From Nitrospirota bacterium (GTDB lineage Bacteria > Nitrospirota > UBA9217): a stretch of 64,000 nt of DNA. Shown here one piece after another: positions 29,857-39,883 of the stretch (the stretch's first letter is position 1; each line of letters opens with the position of its first letter). Location of the stretch: contig CAVVUN010000015.1 in NCBI GenBank assembly GCA_963751455.1, positions 1,440,001 through 1,504,000 of the forward strand, read 5' to 3'. The translations under genes were made by a program, and so were the position numbers. The notes under the pieces are model-generated. The model saw only the letters and a program-made list of their open reading frames with translations. It was not told the DNA's origin and searched no databases.

Positions 29857-30651
29857 TTATTTATTCCTCGACTCCTCTTCCCATTCCCTGAGTCTGCTGC
29901 TGATGAATTGAATGATCGCAGCATGCTCCTCAACACCGCGGTCCCTGATCAGCATCGGCTTCCCAAAATCGAACCGAACACGCCGTGACGGAATTATTTT
30001 GCCGTAATCCTTCAGGAATCTGCCGTTGCTCCAGGCGTCGGTTTTAAGCGCGATGGGTACCACGGGGACGCCTGCTTTTTTTGCCAGTTTTATACCGATG
30101 GTGTTGAACGCTTCCGGATCGAAAACAGGCGTGCGGGTCGTCTGGGGGAAAATGATTATGGACAGGCCGGCCTTGAGCCGTTCAGCCCCTCCTTCGAGTA
30201 CGGCCCTCAGGTCCTCGCGGGCGTTTGATCTTCCGACCGTGATCGGGTTCCGCGACCGCATGATATGCTTGAAGACGGGATATTCGACCAGGCTTTGCTT
30301 TACCACGAACGTGGCGTCCTTGAACGGCGCGATGATCGCCGGAAGAACAAAGGTTTCAAGCGTGCTCATGTGGTTCGCTATGAATACGCACGGGCCTTCG
30401 AGGCTTTTGAACGGCTCCGTTCCGGTGATCTCTACGTCTACTCCGACCTTCTCGAGGGCCCGAAGCGTCGCCAGGCTGCTGCCGCACCATTCGGGTGTTC
30501 TGTACCCGCCCTGCCTGGCCAGCCGGCTGCCGCGCCACACGATCATGAAAGCGGCGCAGTAAAAGACCGGCGACGGCAGAGTTCTCGCAATGAAGGAAAC
30601 GGGATGCGACGGCGTCCTGTAAGAGCCGTTACTATAGCGGAGCTCTTCCAA
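29857..30651 (-). CDS. Lysophospholipid (1-acyl-sn-glycerol-3-phosphate) acyltransferase family
   Basis: NHMSTLE (NHxxxxD variant), IIFPQTTR, VPVVPIA. Confidence 0.85.
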   Translation of the reverse strand: MEELRYSNGSYRTPSHPVSFIARTLPSPVFYCAAFMIVWRGSRLARQGGYRTPEWCGSSLATLRALEKVGVDVEITGTEPFKSLEGPCVFIANHMSTLETFVLPAIIAPFKDATFVVKQSLVEYPVFKHIMRSRNPITVGRSNAREDLRAVLEGGAERLKAGLSIIIFPQTTRTPVFDPEAFNTIGIKLAKKAGVPVVPIALKTDAWSNGRFLKDYGKIIPSRRVRFDFGKPMLIRDRGVEEHAAIIQFISSRLREWEEESRNK

Positions 30652-30795
30652 CGAATCTCCTCTCAGGAGCAGTGGTAAAATGACTTTAAAAAAAACGTCT
30701 CAGTATACCATGTGAAACGAAAAGATGGAAGGGGAAAGGGAAAAAACGGAGAACCACACGCGGCATGCTGAGGTGCCGATAGCTCAAAGCTGAAA

Positions 30796-32598
30796 TCAGA
30801 CAAGATCGGCGGAAGGCTTTTTGATGTAAAATCCCTGGGCGTAATCTATGCCGGCAAGCTGGACTTCATTGAATATATCGGCGGTTTCCACATATTCCGC
30901 GATCGTTTTTATGCCGAGGCCGGAAGCGAGGGAAGCTATGCTCGAGACGATCGCTTTTTCGGGCGTATTCGTTCCGCACATGTTCCTGATGAACTCTCCG
31001 TCGACTTTTATAAAGTCTATGGTCAAAAGCCTGATGTAGTGGAACGAGGAATAGCCTGCCCCGAAATCGTCGACCGCGAACCGGAAACCTTCTTTCCTGA
31101 GGCCCTGGACCAGTTTCTGAATCGTGTTCAGGCTTTTCACTGTGTCGCGCTCGGTTATTTCAAACACCATCTTGGAGGGTTCGATGTGATAATTCTTGAG
31201 CAGCGTCCGGATCGTAGGTATGAATTCAGTCACGACCATTGTTTTCGGCGAGAGGTTCAGGAACAGGCTTCCCTGGTATCCGCATTCGCTGACCTTGCAG
31301 AGGGCCATCTCGATAAGCTGGTAATCCAGCTTGCCGATGGCGCCCATGTTTTCCGCGGTCTCGATGAACTCATGTGCGGAGACCACCCTGTCGGACATGG
31401 CGATCCGGGTGAGCACTTCATAGGCCTCTATCTTCATATCCTTCATGTTCATGATCGGCTGAAAATAGGGAATGATTTTCCTCTTCGACAGCGCTTCGAG
31501 CACCATTATGTTCTTCTCGCCCATGCTCTTCAGGAGCTCCACATCGTCATGCTCGCTCGGCATGCTTATTCTGTCCTTGCCGAACGTCTTTGCCTGCGCG
31601 ACCATGCTGTCTGCCAGCAGGTAGAGGTCTCTTGCCTGTTTTGCATGATCGGGGTAGACGGCGACGCCGATCGATGCCGTCAGTTTCACCGTCGCCCCGG
31701 AGGGTGTTACCAGCGAAAACTCACGGAGGTTTTCCAGGATCCTGCGGGCAACGATATACGCCTGGCCCTCGTCGCATACCGGCAGGATCGCCGTAAATTC
31801 GTCTCCGCCGTACCGGGCGGCTATATCTCCCGCACGGACCGCGGTTTTCAGAATTGAGGCGCATTCCTTCAGGAAGAGGTCCCCGACGTCGTGCCCGTAA
31901 TTGTCGTTGAGCGCCTTGAAATTATCAAGATCGAGGACGAGCAGGGAGAATCTGTAGTGCTGCCGTTTCGAGCGTTCGCTCTCATATTGCAGCAGGTCCC
32001 AGAACGAGATCTGGTTGTACAGGTTTGTCAGCGGGTCGCGCGTTGCGAACCGCTCTATCTCCATCTTATACGCAGCCAGCGTCTTGGCGGATACAACGAT
32101 GTTGATGAGACCGGTAAGGATGTTGTCGATCGCGATGTCCTGCTCGTCGCTGAGGGTGGTTTTGTTCAGCCCGATTCCTACCATGCCCTTTATTTTGAGT
32201 TCATCGAGTGCAAACTTCCTGGACCGTACATCGATGGTGTCCGAAGGGAATTCCGGAAGAAAAAGGGAGGGGACCGCGGTGGTGTGAATAACAGGTACAT
32301 TTTCTATCGAGTCGAAGTCGCTGTCCGCGGCAACCGTGTCTCTCATGGCTCGAACGGCGATGTCCTTCGATGAGGACACCGGCGTGCTGCTCCAGAAAAA
32401 CTTGAGAATGTGTTTGTCGTCTCGATCAGGGTGAAAAATATAAAGAAAATAGATGTCGAAGATTGCCTTCGCGGCCACGATAATATTGCTGATGCGGCTT
32501 TCAGCGTTCTCGATGGTTACGGCATTGAGCGAGAACTCCTTCAACAAGGATGATTGAAATTCCAGGACAGGGTTTTTGCGCTTGTTGAAAAAAAACAC
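30796..32598 (-). CDS. GGDEF-EAL bifunctional diguanylate cyclase/phosphodiesterase
   Basis: DPLTNL, RYGGDEF, YEVLTR, EITE, DDFGAGYSS, AEYVET, QGFY. Confidence 0.9.
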   Translation of the reverse strand: MFFFNKRKNPVLEFQSSLLKEFSLNAVTIENAESRISNIIVAAKAIFDIYFLYIFHPDRDDKHILKFFWSSTPVSSSKDIAVRAMRDTVAADSDFDSIENVPVIHTTAVPSLFLPEFPSDTIDVRSRKFALDELKIKGMVGIGLNKTTLSDEQDIAIDNILTGLINIVVSAKTLAAYKMEIERFATRDPLTNLYNQISFWDLLQYESERSKRQHYRFSLLVLDLDNFKALNDNYGHDVGDLFLKECASILKTAVRAGDIAARYGGDEFTAILPVCDEGQAYIVARRILENLREFSLVTPSGATVKLTASIGVAVYPDHAKQARDLYLLADSMVAQAKTFGKDRISMPSEHDDVELLKSMGEKNIMVLEALSKRKIIPYFQPIMNMKDMKIEAYEVLTRIAMSDRVVSAHEFIETAENMGAIGKLDYQLIEMALCKVSECGYQGSLFLNLSPKTMVVTEFIPTIRTLLKNYHIEPSKMVFEITERDTVKSLNTIQKLVQGLRKEGFRFAVDDFGAGYSSFHYIRLLTIDFIKVDGEFIRNMCGTNTPEKAIVSSIASLASGLGIKTIAEYVETADIFNEVQLAGIDYAQGFYIKKPSADLV

Positions 32599-32938
32599 GT
32601 TCGGTCCTCCTGCCGGTGCAGCGCCAATTCGGCTTTTCGGCAGATTGATGCTCTTTGACGCCGGTCAAAGAACGAAAATCATCATACAGCATGCAGCACG
32701 ATAAAGACTGCACATTAACAGGTCGGTACATTACATCATTGTCTAAGAGAGGAGCGGGCCAGGTGGAACTGTTCGAGATGCTGCACAAGACTATGAGGAA
32801 ATTCATGGTTGAGGCAGGTGAACAGGCTGCTGTCGAAGTATATCGTACTGTTCCTTTTTGTCAATGATTAAAATCCCGGGCCGGACACAGAGGGAAAAAA
32901 AACTTGCAATACCGCGGAGAAAAAGGGAAAATATCGGC

Positions 32939-34492
32939 ATGAAAAAGAGCACTCTTCGTGAAGATGTCGCGCAGATGGTCATTCCGAGGGTCGAAGGCGA
33001 CCAGCTCGAAAATGCTGAGTACCGCAGCGAGATGGAAGCCCTCGTTCGTGAAGGAGTCGGCGGACTTATCCTGTTCAAAGGAGATATTGCAAATACCCCG
33101 GCCCGTCTTCGCGAGCTGCAAAAACTGTCGAAGGTGCCCCTTTTCATCACGTCGGATGTCGAACGCGGTCTCGGACAGCAGCTTGTCGGGGGCACTCGTT
33201 TCCCGAGCCAGCGGGCTGTTTCTTCAGCAATCAGCAGGCGTTCGAAGCAGGACGGCACGCTGCTCAGCCAGATGCTTGACGCTGTCAGGACCGAGACCCG
33301 CGCAGCCGGCATCCACGGAGTTTTTTCTCCGGTCGTGGACGTAAACAGCAACCCGAATAATCCGATCATCTGCACCCGCGCGTTCGGGGATGAACCGGAA
33401 ATCGTAGAATGGTTCGGAAGGCGCTACATCACGCAGCTCCAGAAGCACAGCAAGGACGGCCGGTTTGAAGTGCTGGCATGCGCCAAACATTTTCCCGGCC
33501 ACGGAGACACGGACCAGGATTCCCATTCCGTGCTCCCCAAGATCAGCGCAGACCGCGCGCGATTGAACAGGCTGGATTTGCCGCCGTTTCGCGAGGCGGT
33601 GAAAGACGGCGTGGGTATGATTATGGTTGCGCATCTTCTCGTCCCGGCCCTCGATGCTTCAAAACCGACCACGTTCTCCAAGAAAACCGTTACCGCTCTC
33701 CTTCGTGAAGGCATGGCTTTTGAGGGCCTGATCGTGTCCGATGCTCTGAACATGTCCGCACTTTTCGGGGAATATACAGAGGAGGAGATAGCTGTCCGCG
33801 CGGTCGAGGCCGGCATGGACATCCTGCTGCATCCGAACGACGCGCGCGTGACGATCAATGCGGTGGTAGCTGCGGTGGAGCAGGGCAGGCTGACCCATCA
33901 ACGGATTGAAGAGTCAGTCTCTCGGATCATGAATGCCAAAAAAAGGCTGGGTCTTTTCGAACCCGAATCAGCGGGGAAAATCGAGATCGATTACGAGAGG
34001 CACCGGTCCATAGCCCGGGAAATCAGCCGAAAGGCGCTCAAGATCGTATCCGGAAACAAGAAGCTCCTGCCGCTCAAAACCGAATCCGCGGCGTGCTTTC
34101 TGCTTGATGACGATGCAGCAGGAAGGGGAGAGACGTTTTTCGGGAGTTTGCAGGCAAAGGTCGTTAATTTCAGCGGAACGAAACTGACGCCGGATTCGGA
34201 CCTGTCACGGGAGCACATACTGGAAAAGGTGGCAGTTGCTGACTGGGTTGTTCTTCCGATTGTTTCAAAGATTTCCGCGTCGAAGGGGCGGTCCGGCATT
34301 TCGCTGAAACTGCAGGAAACGGCGCATCTGATAATCGGCGCTGCAAAGAAAGCAAAGAAGCCGGCTGTCGTCATTTCCTTTGACAGCCCTTATATCCTCG
34401 AGCAATTCAGAACAGCGGACATGTGCATCGCGGGGTATGACTGGATGGATGAGATCCAGCAGGCAGCAGTGGAGCTGCTGGTCGGCAAATAA
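32939..34492 (+). CDS. nagZ: GH3 beta-N-acetylhexosaminidase (NagZ-like)
   Basis: DVERG, SPVVDV, KHFPGHG..DSH, SDALNM. Confidence 0.85.
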   Translation: MKKSTLREDVAQMVIPRVEGDQLENAEYRSEMEALVREGVGGLILFKGDIANTPARLRELQKLSKVPLFITSDVERGLGQQLVGGTRFPSQRAVSSAISRRSKQDGTLLSQMLDAVRTETRAAGIHGVFSPVVDVNSNPNNPIICTRAFGDEPEIVEWFGRRYITQLQKHSKDGRFEVLACAKHFPGHGDTDQDSHSVLPKISADRARLNRLDLPPFREAVKDGVGMIMVAHLLVPALDASKPTTFSKKTVTALLREGMAFEGLIVSDALNMSALFGEYTEEEIAVRAVEAGMDILLHPNDARVTINAVVAAVEQGRLTHQRIEESVSRIMNAKKRLGLFEPESAGKIEIDYERHRSIAREISRKALKIVSGNKKLLPLKTESAACFLLDDDAAGRGETFFGSLQAKVVNFSGTKLTPDSDLSREHILEKVAVADWVVLPIVSKISASKGRSGISLKLQETAHLIIGAAKKAKKPAVVISFDSPYILEQFRTADMCIAGYDWMDEIQQAAVELLVGK

Positions 34493-34632
34493 CTCTACCC
34501 ACACCAAAATTTCTCGACAGCCAAAAATCGAATGATATTTTGCCGCAAAGATGCGCAAAAGTCACAAAAGTTTTTGCTAGGGTATTTCGAGGAAATCGAA
34601 GCGAAGTGGCGGACCTGTAGCATCCTAAATAA

Positions 34633-34827
34633 CTAGTGTAGAGTTTCTTAAATAGATGGTGTTATAAGATGGAGCGACAAATCGTCCTTATCTCGTCATT
34701 CCGGCTTGTCCGGAATCTTTCCACCCATTCAGAAGGATTCCCGACGCGCTTCGCTTGCGGGAATGACCGTCTTGGGAAAGTGACTATGGCCGCAATAACA
34801 CCATTCGTTTGTGAGACACTACACTAG
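34633..34827. mobile_element. MITE with CTAG ends, 33-bp imperfect TIRs and internal REP-like hairpins
   Basis: CTAGTGTAGAGTTTCTTAAATAGATGGTGTTAT versus reverse complement CTAGTGTAGTGTCTCACAAACGAATGGTGTTAT; internal GTCATTCCGG...GGGAATGAC. Confidence 0.7.
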
Positions 34828-35168
34828 TGGTATCCCCGCTCGCCGTACGGTTTGAGTTTTTCCAGCCACATGGATTCCAGCGCTTTCAAATCCTCTTTAT
34901 AATCATGCTTCGGTTTATCAAACGGTTTTAGTTCGTCCAGCACGTCGATGATGAAGCACTCTTCTCCCATCTCGTTCCATTCCTTCGAAAGCGCCGGACT
35001 TGGCAGAAATGATCCCATCTTCAGTTGGAATCGCAGGCTGTTAATTGTCCCTTGCGTGTTCGCACTTGCCGCAATGTAAATTCGCCCATTCCTGATATTT
35101 TTAACCTGTACGATGCCTATTGGCTGAAGAGCGTTCTTATATTCTTTTATGATTTGCCTGCGGCTCAT
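34824..35168 (-). CDS. GIY-YIG nuclease family protein
   Basis: GIVQVKNIRNGRIYIAAS..., LSKEWNEMGE, LESMWLEKL. Confidence 0.75.
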   Translation of the reverse strand: MSRRQIIKEYKNALQPIGIVQVKNIRNGRIYIAASANTQGTINSLRFQLKMGSFLPSPALSKEWNEMGEECFIIDVLDELKPFDKPKHDYKEDLKALESMWLEKLKPYGERGYH

Positions 35169-35190
35169 CGTACCCTTCCTTAATTAATTT

Positions 35191-35343
35191 TTATTTTTGT
35201 GTTTGCCAAACAAGATACAACGCAAAAGAAAGAGCAATTATAATCCAGATCGCAGTCGCCAGATTTTTGCTGCCTTTCTTTTTGGATCGGGAGACAAACC
35301 ATAGAATGGCTGTAAGCGCGAGGATGACACCCGCTGTAATCAT
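35191..35343 (-). CDS. Small two-TM protein (50 aa, not in ORF track)
   Basis: MITAGVILALTAILWFVSRSKKKGSKNLATAIWIIIALSFALYLVWQTQK; GGAGG RBS; basic loop between two helices. Confidence 0.65.
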   Translation of the reverse strand: MITAGVILALTAILWFVSRSKKKGSKNLATAIWIIIALSFALYLVWQTQK

Positions 35344-35659
35344 CTTTCCTCCCAGGCGGTAATGAACATTTCTAGCTCTTAAACTTCGTTATCATGCCAA
35401 GCGGCAGTGACTCACGATCTTTGTTGTTTGACCATTGCCTTTGCATCTCTCCGGCCAAGGGCTTTGTATAACGAGATCCATGACTAGTAACCATCGAATG
35501 CGCCTCTTAATACAAAAATCGAACATGCTCCGCTTCTTTGAAACGAACTCATTCTAAAGACATCGTAAGATGTTGTCAATTTGATTTTCTGGATGGCCTG
35601 GTCGTATGGGAGCTTAATTTATTTCGATAGTATCCTGTATATTACGCTAAGCTTTAATT

Positions 35660-37807
35660 ATGAACTTGAAAGATATGCACAAATATGGCGTATCCATGAA
35701 AATGATTGAAGCGCTTGGCGCGGCCGGTCTCAACCATTTATACCCTCCGCAGGTTCTTGCTTTGGAGGTAGGGTTGCTGAGGGCCGATGACTCATTCGTG
35801 ATTGCAGCACCGACCGCTTCCGGCAAGACACTAATCGCGGAGATGGCTGCACTGAAAGTATTCTTAGAGAAAGAGGGAAAGACCATCTATACGGTGCCGC
35901 TTCGGGCACTGGCCAGGGAAAAATACGAGGATCTTATACGGAAATACTCAAAGATCGGGATGAAGATTGTACAGAGCACCGGTGATTTCGACCGGGCGGA
36001 CCCGTGGCTGCGAAATGCGGACCTGATCATTTCTACAAATGAAAAGATTGATTCACTTCTCCGGCATCGGGCTTCCTGGCTCACGGATGTACGTCTTGTT
36101 GTCGCGGACGAGGTGCATCTGATCGGGGACAGGCACCGCGGCCCCACTCTGGAGATCGTATTGACGAGGCTCAGGAAGGAAATGCCGCGGATGCGGGTAA
36201 TTGCATTGAGCGCCACCATCCCTAATGCACGGGAGATCGCTCAATGGCTCAATGCAAAACTGGTGACATCCGACTGGCGGCCGGTGCCTCTCAGAGAAGG
36301 CGTCTATTCCGGGGGTGCGGTGATCTTTAATGACGGGACCGTAACGTGGATTACCGAGGAAAGCAAGGTAGATGCCATCGATCTTGCTATTGATACCATA
36401 CGCAGCGGAGGCCAGGCCCTCGTATTCGTGAATACCCGTAAATCCGCGGAAGCAGTGGCACACAAGGCTGCAATGCGCATATCCCCGCTCCTTAATGATG
36501 AAGAGCGTGAAGCCCTCAAAAAAATGACGGACAGGGCTTCAACTGCAGCTTCGGAACCAACCAGGCTTTCCAGGAAAATATCCGAACAGATATCAACCGG
36601 TGTTGCGTTTCATCATGCCGGAATTCTTGCTTCCCATAGAAGAATTATCGAAGACTCCTTCCGGCAGAACAAAATCAAGTTCCTGTCGGCGACGACCACA
36701 CTTGCGATGGGTTTGAACCTCCCCTCACGCCGGGTCATCATTCGCGACTGGAGGCGGTACGAGTCCGGAGAGGGGATGCGTCCGCTTCCGGTGATGGAAA
36801 TTAAGCAGATGTCCGGCAGGGCGGGAAGACCGGGGTTCGATGAATACGGCGAAGCCGTGCTCATAGCCGGCAGCAAGCAGGACGAGCGGGTGTTGTTCGA
36901 GCGATACATCAAGGGAAAGCCGGAGGACATAAAATCCCGGCTCGGAAGCGAATCAGCTCTCCGGACCCATGTCCTTGCCTCAATCGCCGGCGGTTATGTC
37001 TCAGATGTGAAAGACCTGAGGGAATTCCTGGGGCAAACTCTTTTTGCGCTCCAGACCGGAGTTGAATCCATACTGAGGTTAGCCGATGAGATCCTTGCAT
37101 TTCTCATTGATCAGGGTTTAATCAAGGAAAAGGAGCGGCTATATGCAACGCGGTTCGGCAGGAGGGTGTCCGAGCTCTACATCGACCCGCTTTCCGGGGT
37201 TTTGCTGAGGGATAGTCTTACGATTGATCTGGAGAAGGAGACTTTCGGTCTGCTCCACATGATCGCAAGGACTCCTGATATGATGACGCTTTCACTCAGG
37301 CAATCCGAAATCGATTATATGCTCGCCCTGTTCACAGCGAATGCCGATAAGCTCCTCATCCCCGAAAAAAAGCTCCATCCAACAGAGGAAATGCTTGCTG
37401 AGATCAAGACTGCGGCGCTTCTTGGGGAGTGGATCGAGGAAAGCCCGGAGGAACGTATTACCACGGTATTTGGTGTGGGACCGGGTGATATCCATAACGT
37501 CGTTGAACTTGCCGACTGGCTCTTGTATTCGTCATTCGAGATTGCGAAGATATTCAAGCTGGAAGAAGCGGAGAGCGCTCTTGCTTCAGTGAGAGCACGC
37601 GTTCTGTACGGCGTCAAGGAGGAACTGCTCCCGCTTGTTTCTCTTAAAGGCATTGGAAGGATCAGGGGAAGAAATCTTTTCAATGCCGGATACAAGCACC
37701 AGAAGGATATCCGGGAAGCGGACATAAAGGATCTGGAAAAAGTGCCGGCTATCGGGAAGGCAATTGCGGAGGAGATCAAGAAGCAGGTTTTTGTCGAAGC
37801 GGCTTAG
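35660..37807 (+). CDS. Ski2-like SF2 helicase of archaeal Hel308/Hjm type
   Basis: LYPPQ, APTASGKT, PLRALAREK, DEVH..RGPTLE, LSAT, DWRPVPL, AFHHAG, QMSGRAGRPGFD, SELYIDP, GPGD, YGVKEEL..LKGIGR HhH. Confidence 0.88.
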   Translation: MNLKDMHKYGVSMKMIEALGAAGLNHLYPPQVLALEVGLLRADDSFVIAAPTASGKTLIAEMAALKVFLEKEGKTIYTVPLRALAREKYEDLIRKYSKIGMKIVQSTGDFDRADPWLRNADLIISTNEKIDSLLRHRASWLTDVRLVVADEVHLIGDRHRGPTLEIVLTRLRKEMPRMRVIALSATIPNAREIAQWLNAKLVTSDWRPVPLREGVYSGGAVIFNDGTVTWITEESKVDAIDLAIDTIRSGGQALVFVNTRKSAEAVAHKAAMRISPLLNDEEREALKKMTDRASTAASEPTRLSRKISEQISTGVAFHHAGILASHRRIIEDSFRQNKIKFLSATTTLAMGLNLPSRRVIIRDWRRYESGEGMRPLPVMEIKQMSGRAGRPGFDEYGEAVLIAGSKQDERVLFERYIKGKPEDIKSRLGSESALRTHVLASIAGGYVSDVKDLREFLGQTLFALQTGVESILRLADEILAFLIDQGLIKEKERLYATRFGRRVSELYIDPLSGVLLRDSLTIDLEKETFGLLHMIARTPDMMTLSLRQSEIDYMLALFTANADKLLIPEKKLHPTEEMLAEIKTAALLGEWIEESPEERITTVFGVGPGDIHNVVELADWLLYSSFEIAKIFKLEEAESALASVRARVLYGVKEELLPLVSLKGIGRIRGRNLFNAGYKHQKDIREADIKDLEKVPAIGKAIAEEIKKQVFVEAA

Positions 37808-37997
37808 AGTTGCCTCAATTCTCCTTTTTTTACCCTGCCTGTAACAAAGTCTTATGTTCCTGAATAGAGGAAACATCAAAAAAATAATTCTCAAATAATA
37901 AAATTCATACTTGTGACTGATTGACAGTAAATACAGCGGGAACTATCTTTAAGACCATGTCATTACTCATTATCTTAGATTCCGGGAGGATGGTAGT

Positions 37998-39143
37998 ATG
38001 AAAAAAAGCATTGTTATAGCAATGGCTTTTATAATCATGGTACTTGTTCTCGGCCTGTCTTCGTATTCCTGCGGCTCAAAAAGTCATCGCGCTTCTGCAA
38101 ACTATGCTGTTTACGTAACTAATAGTTCATCACAAAGCAGTGGAGGCGCAATAAGTAAGCAGGTAAGCGATGTTAATACCGCGGTTACGGGAAACAGTGG
38201 TATGGCATTATTCAGCCGACTAACTGTAACTCTTACTAATATTGAACTGACCGATGCAACAGGCGGAGCGGCTGTCGACGTGCTGACCATTCCGGTTATG
38301 TTTGATATCGCAAATGTCGGGAATACAATGCAGCTGGTAAATGTCGGGGCCGGTCAGGCCGATTCATTTAATCGGCTCCAGATTCAATTTAATAGGAACA
38401 CCCAGGTATTAAGCGGTCCGACCGGTACGCCTGAGTCGTGCACATTCGTTTCGTATAAAGAAACCGGCAGCTCAAACCAGCCGAATATACTTCTCTGCGA
38501 TGCTGTAACCAACATATGTACTTTAAATATAAGCGGCGCAGTCAATCTGCTTGCAGCTGAAAAGAATAAAATCGGCCTGGATTTCCATCTCAAGGATTTT
38601 GAAATTGTTAATCCGGGCACGCCTGACTGCGCCATAACGATGAAGGTTTCACCGCTGAACAGCTCAAACATAAAATCACTCGGTTATCCGGAAGCGATCA
38701 CCGGCACAGTATCAGGCCTCAGTACAGCGAACAAGACATTTACTTTGACGCGCGGAAGCAGGACATTCACCGTTTTCTATAAGGAAATAACTGCCACGAA
38801 CCAGCCGGCGCTTAATACGCTGCTCGAGCGGGCCGAGGACGATGGATTGAGGATAAGAGTCTTCTCCCCGGATATAGATTTTATCGGCAACTCCATCGAA
38901 GCGTCGAAGATCTTAGTGAAAGTGGAAGGGAATGTATTTGACGCGACAAGCGGCGGCTTTTCTGTTGCTTATGGAAGTGCAGCAGCTTCCATCGACATTG
39001 ATTCGAGCGCCGCCACGATTGAAGGCACCGTGACGAACGGCTCGTGGGTCGACGTGAAATTATACGGCTACTCGGCTGCCAACGATGACTTTCTGGCGAA
39101 CAAGGTTGAAGTGGAGGATCAGGGGGCCATGTCCGAAGATTAA
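37998..39143 (+). CDS. Secreted/lipoprotein, DUF4382-like plus OB-repeat (DUF5666-like) domains
   Basis: Signal peptide ending SSYSC; VTLTNIEL, LDFHL, ITGTVS, VEG repeats; upstream TTGACA-N17-TATCTT. Confidence 0.65.
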   Translation: MKKSIVIAMAFIIMVLVLGLSSYSCGSKSHRASANYAVYVTNSSSQSSGGAISKQVSDVNTAVTGNSGMALFSRLTVTLTNIELTDATGGAAVDVLTIPVMFDIANVGNTMQLVNVGAGQADSFNRLQIQFNRNTQVLSGPTGTPESCTFVSYKETGSSNQPNILLCDAVTNICTLNISGAVNLLAAEKNKIGLDFHLKDFEIVNPGTPDCAITMKVSPLNSSNIKSLGYPEAITGTVSGLSTANKTFTLTRGSRTFTVFYKEITATNQPALNTLLERAEDDGLRIRVFSPDIDFIGNSIEASKILVKVEGNVFDATSGGFSVAYGSAAASIDIDSSAATIEGTVTNGSWVDVKLYGYSAANDDFLANKVEVEDQGAMSED

Positions 39144-39163
39144 TGATTTGCGGAGATCCGAGT

Positions 39164-39198
39164 AAAAGGCGGTCTCGACTATGAGATCGCCTTTATTT
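39164..39198 (+). terminator. Intrinsic terminator
   Basis: AAAGGCGGTCTC-gactat-GAGATCGCCTTT-ATTT. Confidence 0.75.
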
Positions 39199-39234
39199 AT
39201 CTATAATTCCCTTTCAATTTATAAATCCTTAGTA

Positions 39235-39296
39235 TTAGTAAAAATTAATAACGGGCTTGACAACATACTTCATAGAGATATTCTTAATAATATAGG
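39235..39296 (+). promoter_or_regulatory. Promoter-like motif, copy 1
   Basis: TTAATAAC-N4-TTGACA-N16-TATTCT-TAATAATATAG. Confidence 0.5.
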
Positions 39297-39345
39297 CTAA
39301 TCAAATATTTGCGTCTGCCTGACATACCAGAAAAGTGAGCCAGCG

Positions 39346-39516
39346 ATGATCATCCAGAAAAAACAAGCAAAAGAAGAAACAGACAGAATGAACAAGCCCA
39401 GTAATTATTCTCTTTGCCGTTCCAGCTGTTCCACCTGCCCTTATCATGAAGGCCTGCTGAAGCTGCTCGATCACGGGAAAAAAATAGTTCCTACCCTGCC
39501 TGTATGCGATAATTAA
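39346..39516 (+). CDS. Putative small Cys-rich protein (56 aa)
   Basis: MIIQKKQAKEETDRMNKPSNYSLCRSSCSTCPYHEGLLKLLDHGKKIVPTLPVCDN, just downstream of a promoter; weak RBS. Confidence 0.35.
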   Translation: MIIQKKQAKEETDRMNKPSNYSLCRSSCSTCPYHEGLLKLLDHGKKIVPTLPVCDN

Positions 39517-39689
39517 AACGCAGTTCTTCATGATCTTTTCAATTTCAGTCATCCCGGTTGCGCAGCAATCGATGAAGCGCTGCAATTTTGCCGGTATGAA
39601 ACGCTTTTACTTCGCTCGAAAAAAAGCAGGCACTTTTCCCGTTTGGATCAATTCAGATGATAATTTCCGCTAAAAATACATCTATAGAA

Positions 39690-39750
39690 TTAGTCGAAAT
39701 TTAATAACATGGTTGACAAGTCTTAAGGCGGAGGTATTCTTATTATATAG
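39690..39750 (+). promoter_or_regulatory. Promoter-like motif, copy 2
   Basis: TTAATAAC-N4-TTGACA-N16-TATTCT-TATTATATAG. Confidence 0.5.
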
Positions 39751-39883
39751 TTATTAAGCAATTGTCCAATGCCGCAATAAGACTCAGTCTACTTGAGCAC
39801 CCAGAAAGAAGCATCTTAGTTCTATTTTATTAGTCTCAAATCAGTGTCCAGTAAATCCCAACACTCAAATGCCGGAGACAACC

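Noticed and set aside
39301-39585. 94-aa minus-strand ORF
   Set aside because: TTG start, no RBS or recognisable motif; local promoter signals point to the plus strand.
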